Below, one piece after another: positions 59,261-64,000 of a stretch of DNA of 64,000 bases. A program made the translations under genes and the position numbers. This DNA is from Agathobacter sp. GTDB lineage: Bacteria; Bacillota; Clostridia; Lachnospirales; Lachnospiraceae. Position 1 is the stretch's first letter, and every line of letters starts with the position of its first letter. The notes below the pieces were generated by a model. The model worked only from the letters and a program-made list of their open reading frames with translations. It was not told the origin of the DNA and did not search any database. The stretch covers positions 23,519 through 87,518 of the forward strand of contig JAZUHO010000109.1 of NCBI GenBank assembly GCA_045641745.1. The letters run 5' to 3'.

Positions 59261-59279
59261 AACCATAAATCTAACAAAT

Positions 59280-59318
59280 AATAAAAGCGGATGCAAAGAA
59301 TGCGTCCGCTTTTATTTT
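59280..59318 (+). terminator. terminator after glgA
   Basis: AATAAAAGCGGATGC...GCGTCCGCTTTTATT. Confidence 0.75.
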
Positions 59319-59331
59319 GTTAGGAGGGCAT

Positions 59332-59997
59332 ATGAGCGAAGGAAGTAATCAAGAGACAAATCGAATGGATGGACAGGCTATTTTAGAGGATAAAAAAAGA
59401 AAGCATAAAATTTTTCTACTATCCATCATTGGTGAAATCGAAGGACATGAAGCTGTCGCATCGGGATCTAAGGCAACTAAATATGAGCATATTTTGCCAA
59501 CATTAGCAGAAATTGAAGAAAATGGTGAAGTTGACGGGGTTCTTATTTTACTGAATACCTGTGGCGGAGATGTGGAAAGTGGTTTAGCGATTGCAGAAAT
59601 GATAGCAGGATTAAGCAAACCAACTGTTTCTTTGGTACTTGGAGGAAGTCACTCGATTGGAGTACCTCTTGCTGTAGCAGCAGATTACTCCATGATTGTT
59701 TCAACGGGAACTATGGTGATTCATCCAGTTCGAATGAGTGGAACAGTTATTAATGCAAAACAGACCTACGACTATTTCCGCAGAATGCAGGATCGTGTTG
59801 TCCAATTTGTAGTAGATCATTGCGAAATTACATCGGAGCGCTTTGAACAGTTGTTGATGAATACAGGCATGATGACACGGGATTTAGGCTCCATTTTGAT
59901 TGGACAGCAGGCTGTGGATGAAAAATTGATATGTAAAGTTGGTACAATTGAGGAAGCTTTTATAAAATTGCATGATATGATTGAACAACAGCACTAA
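59332..59997 (+). CDS. tepA: ClpP-like protease TepA
   Basis: IIGEIEGH, TKYEH, NT.GGDVE.GLAIAE, GGSHSIGVPLAV and HPVR; upstream of ftsK as in Bacillus. Confidence 0.88.
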   Translation: MSEGSNQETNRMDGQAILEDKKRKHKIFLLSIIGEIEGHEAVASGSKATKYEHILPTLAEIEENGEVDGVLILLNTCGGDVESGLAIAEMIAGLSKPTVSLVLGGSHSIGVPLAVAADYSMIVSTGTMVIHPVRMSGTVINAKQTYDYFRRMQDRVVQFVVDHCEITSERFEQLLMNTGMMTRDLGSILIGQQAVDEKLICKVGTIEEAFIKLHDMIEQQH

Positions 59998-60109
59998 ATC
60001 TTGTGTGAGTAGTAGGAAAAGCATGACAATGTCTCCTAAATATGGTATAGTTAATAAGACTATGAGAAAATGTATTAATTATGTAACTAGATAGGGAGGA
60101 CAGGATTTC

Positions 60110-62782
60110 ATGGCAACTAAGAAGCGTAGTTCTTCAAATCGTACAAATAAGACAAATCGTACAAGAAATAATACGGCAAAGGCAAAGAGAGAGGCAAAGG
60201 CAAGAGAGGAAGCATTTCGTGATGAGGTGATTCTTTGGGGAATTATTGCCGTTTCTTTGCTATTAATGATATCAAATTTGGGAATAGGGGGAAGCGTAGG
60301 GGGCGCGGTTAGTTCATTTTTCTTCGGAATTTTTGGATTGATTGCCTATGTTTTTCCTATTCTATTAACGGTCGGAAGCTTTTTTGCGGTTTCGAATAAA
60401 AAGAATGGAATCGCGTTTGTAAAGCTCGTTGCAGCCATTTTATTTGCATGGTTTTTAAGCTTTTTTATGGAGTTGGTTATGCATGGAAATGCAAGCTTAT
60501 CACCGATAGAGGCATTCTGGGCATCCTACGAAAATCGCAATGGCGGTGGAATAACAGGTGGAGTTCTTACGGCTGTACTTGTACCTGCTTTTGGCACGGT
60601 TGGCTGCTACATCATTGATGTTATTGTACTAATTGTAAGTCTTGTACTTATTACAGAAAAATCCGCATTGAATGGAATGAAAAAAGGCGGAAAGAAGGTA
60701 TATGAGTCTGCCAAAGAAAATAATGAACGTTATCAGGAGTATCGCGAAGCAAAATTGGAGGAACGTGCCGCGAGACGTATGGACCGAAAAGTAACAGGGG
60801 TATCACCTGATTTAACAATTGAAGCTCCAAAGGGAAGTGAAGCACAAAAGGGTGATGTTCATGAAATAAAGGTGGATGAGGCAGTGATACAGACAGATGT
60901 GACGGAAGAAAGACACACCAAAGTATCTGCAATTTTTCCACCTGAGCCTAGCTTGGCAAGTGCAGCTTCACCAAGCAATAAGATGCAATTACCTGTTGTA
61001 GAGGAAGAACCACTGGCTGTTAATACTTTAGATACAGAACCGGAATTGGAGATTCACGGTGACTACATTCCAAAAGAGATGGAAGATTCAGTAAGTAGTA
61101 AGGCAAGTAATAATATGACTGAATTACATGCTGCCGTGGAAGCGATTATCGATGAAGCAGAAGGCAGACAAGGCTCAAAAGAAATCGAAGCTCCACAGGA
61201 AGACATTATTCCGAAAAGAAAGCCAAAGGTGTCAGAGGAAGAAATTCAGAGTGGGGTAGATGCAATTGCGGCGGAAATAGCGGAGCATACAGTAGAAAAG
61301 GAATATCTTTTTCCACCAATTGACCTATTGAAGGCAGCTCCTGCAAAAAAGAATGGAAATTCAGAAATGCATTTGCGAGAGACTGCGAATAAGCTTCAAC
61401 AAACCTTAAAAAACTTTGGTGTGAATGTCCAAGTTACTGATATCAGCTGTGGCCCAGCGGTTACCAGATATGAAATACAGCCGGAAATGGGAGTAAAGGT
61501 AAGTAAGATTGTTAATTTAGCAGATGATATTAAGTTAAATTTAGCAGCGGCAGATATTCGTATTGAAGCACCTATTCCAGGAAAAGCAGCGGTTGGAATT
61601 GAAGTACCAAACAAAGAGAATGTAATGGTTTCTTTCCGGGAACTGATTGAGTCTAAGGAATTTGCAGAAAGTAAGTCTAATATTAGCTTTGCCGTTGGAA
61701 AAGATATTTCAGGCAAAATTAAGGTGACGGATATTGCAAAGATGCCACACTTACTAATCGCAGGAGCAACAGGATCTGGAAAATCTGTATGTATTAATAC
61801 GATTATTATGAGTATTCTGTATAAGGCAAAGCCACAGGATGTAAAATTAATCATGATTGATCCGAAGGTGGTTGAGCTTAGTGTATATAATGGAATTCCA
61901 CATCTTATGATTCCTGTGGTAACGGATCCTAAAAAGGCGGCAGGGGCCTTGAATTGGGCTGTTGCAGAAATGACAGATCGATATAACAAATTTGCAGAAT
62001 GTAATGTTCGCGAAATCAATGGATATAATGCAAAGGTGGAAAGCATAGAGGTTCCAGAAGGACAAGAGCGTCCACAAAAAATGCCTCAAATTGTAATTAT
62101 TGTTGATGAGTTGGCAGACCTTATGATGGTTGCAAGCTCCGATGTGGAAGCTGCAATTTGTCGTTTGGCGCAGTTGGCGCGTGCGGCAGGAATTCATTTG
62201 GTAATTGCCACACAAAGACCATCGGTAAATGTTATTACGGGATTAATTAAGGCCAACATGCCGAGCCGTATTGCATTTGCGGTGACCTCTGGAATTGATT
62301 CTAGAACGATTCTCGATATGAATGGCGCGGAGAAGCTTCTTGGAAAAGGTGATATGCTATTTAATCCACAAGGAGTGCCAAAGCCAATTCGTGTACAAGG
62401 GGCTTTCGTGTCTGATAATGAAGTGGCTGATGTGGTGAATTTCTTAAAAGAGAATAACCACGCCGTTTTATACTCAGCAGATATGCAGGAAAAAATTGAC
62501 AATATGCAAACAAATAACACTACAGTGACAATCACTGATAATGATAGTAGCAATGATGGAAATGATGCCTACTTTATCGAGGCAGCCAAGATTATTGTTG
62601 ACAAAGAAAAGGCGTCTATTGGAATGCTACAAAGATATTTGAAGGTTGGATTTAATCGAGCAGCGCGTATTATGGATCAGCTAGAAGAAGCTGGAATTGT
62701 TGGACCAGAGGAAGGAACTAAACCAAGACGCGTCTTGATGTCACCAGAAGAATTTCAGCAATTCATTGACGAGAATTGCTAA
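60110..62782 (+). CDS. ftsK: DNA translocase FtsK/SpoIIIE
   Basis: N-terminal TM helices, [25 protein letters not shown] and gamma domain LQR.L..GFNRAAR. Confidence 0.97.
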   Translation: MATKKRSSSNRTNKTNRTRNNTAKAKREAKAREEAFRDEVILWGIIAVSLLLMISNLGIGGSVGGAVSSFFFGIFGLIAYVFPILLTVGSFFAVSNKKNGIAFVKLVAAILFAWFLSFFMELVMHGNASLSPIEAFWASYENRNGGGITGGVLTAVLVPAFGTVGCYIIDVIVLIVSLVLITEKSALNGMKKGGKKVYESAKENNERYQEYREAKLEERAARRMDRKVTGVSPDLTIEAPKGSEAQKGDVHEIKVDEAVIQTDVTEERHTKVSAIFPPEPSLASAASPSNKMQLPVVEEEPLAVNTLDTEPELEIHGDYIPKEMEDSVSSKASNNMTELHAAVEAIIDEAEGRQGSKEIEAPQEDIIPKRKPKVSEEEIQSGVDAIAAEIAEHTVEKEYLFPPIDLLKAAPAKKNGNSEMHLRETANKLQQTLKNFGVNVQVTDISCGPAVTRYEIQPEMGVKVSKIVNLADDIKLNLAAADIRIEAPIPGKAAVGIEVPNKENVMVSFRELIESKEFAESKSNISFAVGKDISGKIKVTDIAKMPHLLIAGATGSGKSVCINTIIMSILYKAKPQDVKLIMIDPKVVELSVYNGIPHLMIPVVTDPKKAAGALNWAVAEMTDRYNKFAECNVREINGYNAKVESIEVPEGQERPQKMPQIVIIVDELADLMMVASSDVEAAICRLAQLARAAGIHLVIATQRPSVNVITGLIKANMPSRIAFAVTSGIDSRTILDMNGAEKLLGKGDMLFNPQGVPKPIRVQGAFVSDNEVADVVNFLKENNHAVLYSADMQEKIDNMQTNNTTVTITDNDSSNDGNDAYFIEAAKIIVDKEKASIGMLQRYLKVGFNRAARIMDQLEEAGIVGPEEGTKPRRVLMSPEEFQQFIDENC

Positions 62783-62840
62783 ACGTGATAAACCATTAGT
62801 AGTGTAAATTTTAATGAGGTTTTTGGAGGATGAGATAGGA

Positions 62841-64000
62841 ATGAAAACAGATATTCAGATTGCACAGGAAGCAACAATGAAACACATTAAGGATGTGGCT
62901 GCAACCATTGGAATTCAGGAAGATGATTTAGAACTGTATGGCAAATACAAAGCAAAATTATCGGATGAACTAATTGCACGTGTACAGAATGAAAAAGATG
63001 GAAAATTAATTCTTGTAACGGCAATTAATCCTACCCCAGCTGGTGAAGGAAAGACGACGACAAGTGTTGGACTTGGACAGGCATTTGGCAAGTTAGGAAA
63101 GAGAGCAATCATTGCACTTCGTGAGCCATCCCTTGGACCTTGTTTTGGTATCAAAGGAGGCGCTGCAGGCGGTGGATATGCGCAGGTTGTTCCTATGGAA
63201 GACCTAAATTTGCATTTCACAGGTGATTTTCATGCTATCACATCAGCAAACAATCTTTTGGCTGCACTGTTGGATAATCATATTCAGCAAGGTAATGAAT
63301 TGGGAATTGATCCAAGACAAATTGTATGGAAACGTTGCATGGATATGAACGATAGAGTTCTTCGCAACATTGTGGTTGGATTAGGAAATAAAATGGATGG
63401 AATGGTTCGTGAGGATCATTTTGTTATTACAGTAGCATCCGAGATTATGGCAATTCTTTGCTTGGCAACAGATATGAATGACTTGAAGCAAAGATTAGGA
63501 CGCATTATTGTTGGATATTCCTTTGATGGAAAACCAGTTACCGCGAATGACTTGAAGGCAACTGGAGCAATGGCTGCATTATTAAAAGATGCCTTGAAGC
63601 CAAATCTGATTCAAACCTTAGAACATACTCCTGCAATTGTGCATGGTGGACCATTTGCTAATATTGCGCATGGATGTAATAGTGTTCGTGCAACAAAGAC
63701 GGCATTGAAATTATGTGACTATGTAATCACAGAGGCTGGATTTGGAGCAGATTTGGGAGCTGAGAAGTTCTTTGACATTAAATGTCGTATGGCAGGTTTA
63801 AAGCCAGATGCAGTAGTATTAGTTGCAACAATTCGTGCCTTAAAATATAATGGTGGGGTTGAAAAAGACGATTTAAATGTTGAGAACCTTGAAGCACTTA
63901 AAAAAGGTGTTGTAAACCTTGAAAAGCATATTGAAAATTTACATAAATATGGGGTGCCAGTTGTGGTAACCTTGAATTCCTTTGTGACAGATACAGAGGC
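62841..64000 (+). CDS. fhs: formate--tetrahydrofolate ligase (partial, runs off the window)
   Basis: [48 protein letters not shown] and [13 protein letters not shown]; absent from the ORF track because it has no stop in the window. Confidence 0.96.
   Translation, partial: MKTDIQIAQEATMKHIKDVAATIGIQEDDLELYGKYKAKLSDELIARVQNEKDGKLILVTAINPTPAGEGKTTTSVGLGQAFGKLGKRAIIALREPSLGPCFGIKGGAAGGGYAQVVPMEDLNLHFTGDFHAITSANNLLAALLDNHIQQGNELGIDPRQIVWKRCMDMNDRVLRNIVVGLGNKMDGMVREDHFVITVASEIMAILCLATDMNDLKQRLGRIIVGYSFDGKPVTANDLKATGAMAALLKDALKPNLIQTLEHTPAIVHGGPFANIAHGCNSVRATKTALKLCDYVITEAGFGADLGAEKFFDIKCRMAGLKPDAVVLVATIRALKYNGGVEKDDLNVENLEALKKGVVNLEKHIENLHKYGVPVVVTLNSFVTDTE

Noticed and set aside
62783-62840. THF or ZTP riboswitch upstream of fhs
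   Set aside because: The gap is only 58 nt and shows no matching structure
2446-63220. Many antisense and nested ORFs in the track (e.g. 2446-3000, 11988-12443, 61396-62046, 62915-63220)
   Set aside because: Shadows of well-supported genes on the opposite strand or in another frame; no RBS or recognisable motifs
1-64000. Mobile elements, prophage, defence islands, rRNA or tRNA
   Set aside because: No transposase, integrase, phage structural, restriction or cas genes and no tRNA/rRNA signatures were seen

Overview
AT-rich, gene-dense core-chromosome segment of a spore-forming Firmicute, most likely a member of the Lachnospiraceae (inferred from gene order and protein families). It runs: scpA(3' end)-scpB-dacB; a Na+-translocating decarboxylase operon (acyl-CoA carboxyltransferase, lipoprotein-extended OadG, biotin carrier, OadB, OadA); rpiR-HI0933-cmk-ispH-rpsA; cheR; a YprB-like exonuclease; rnfCDGEAB; lysR/leuCD; thrC; a cheY + MshEN-CheX pair; Si-citrate synthase; cdd; pckA; 6S RNA; spoIID-like; T-box pheST; queA; pilZ; aroA; tyrA; an EF-G paralogue; small sporulation-type genes; Re-citrate synthase-gntR-icd; rex; an nnr remnant; alr; an orphan mazF; a shortened CorC; yebC; metY; glgA; tepA; ftsK; fhs (partial). 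I saw no rRNA, tRNA, CRISPR array, prophage or IS element. The main leads are: a four-repeat MshEN (c-di-GMP receptor)-CheX fusion coupled to a CheY; an AP2-dead HNH-AP2 protein that looks like a domesticated homing endonuclease; an antitoxin-less mazF behind a forespore-type promoter; a 43-aa nnr relic that keeps both translational couplings; a six-copy repeat array in the 6S RNA trailer; an RnfE with two extra transmembrane helices; and a recurrent HisR/YerC-like palindrome. All calls come from reading the sequence by eye; no database searches were run.
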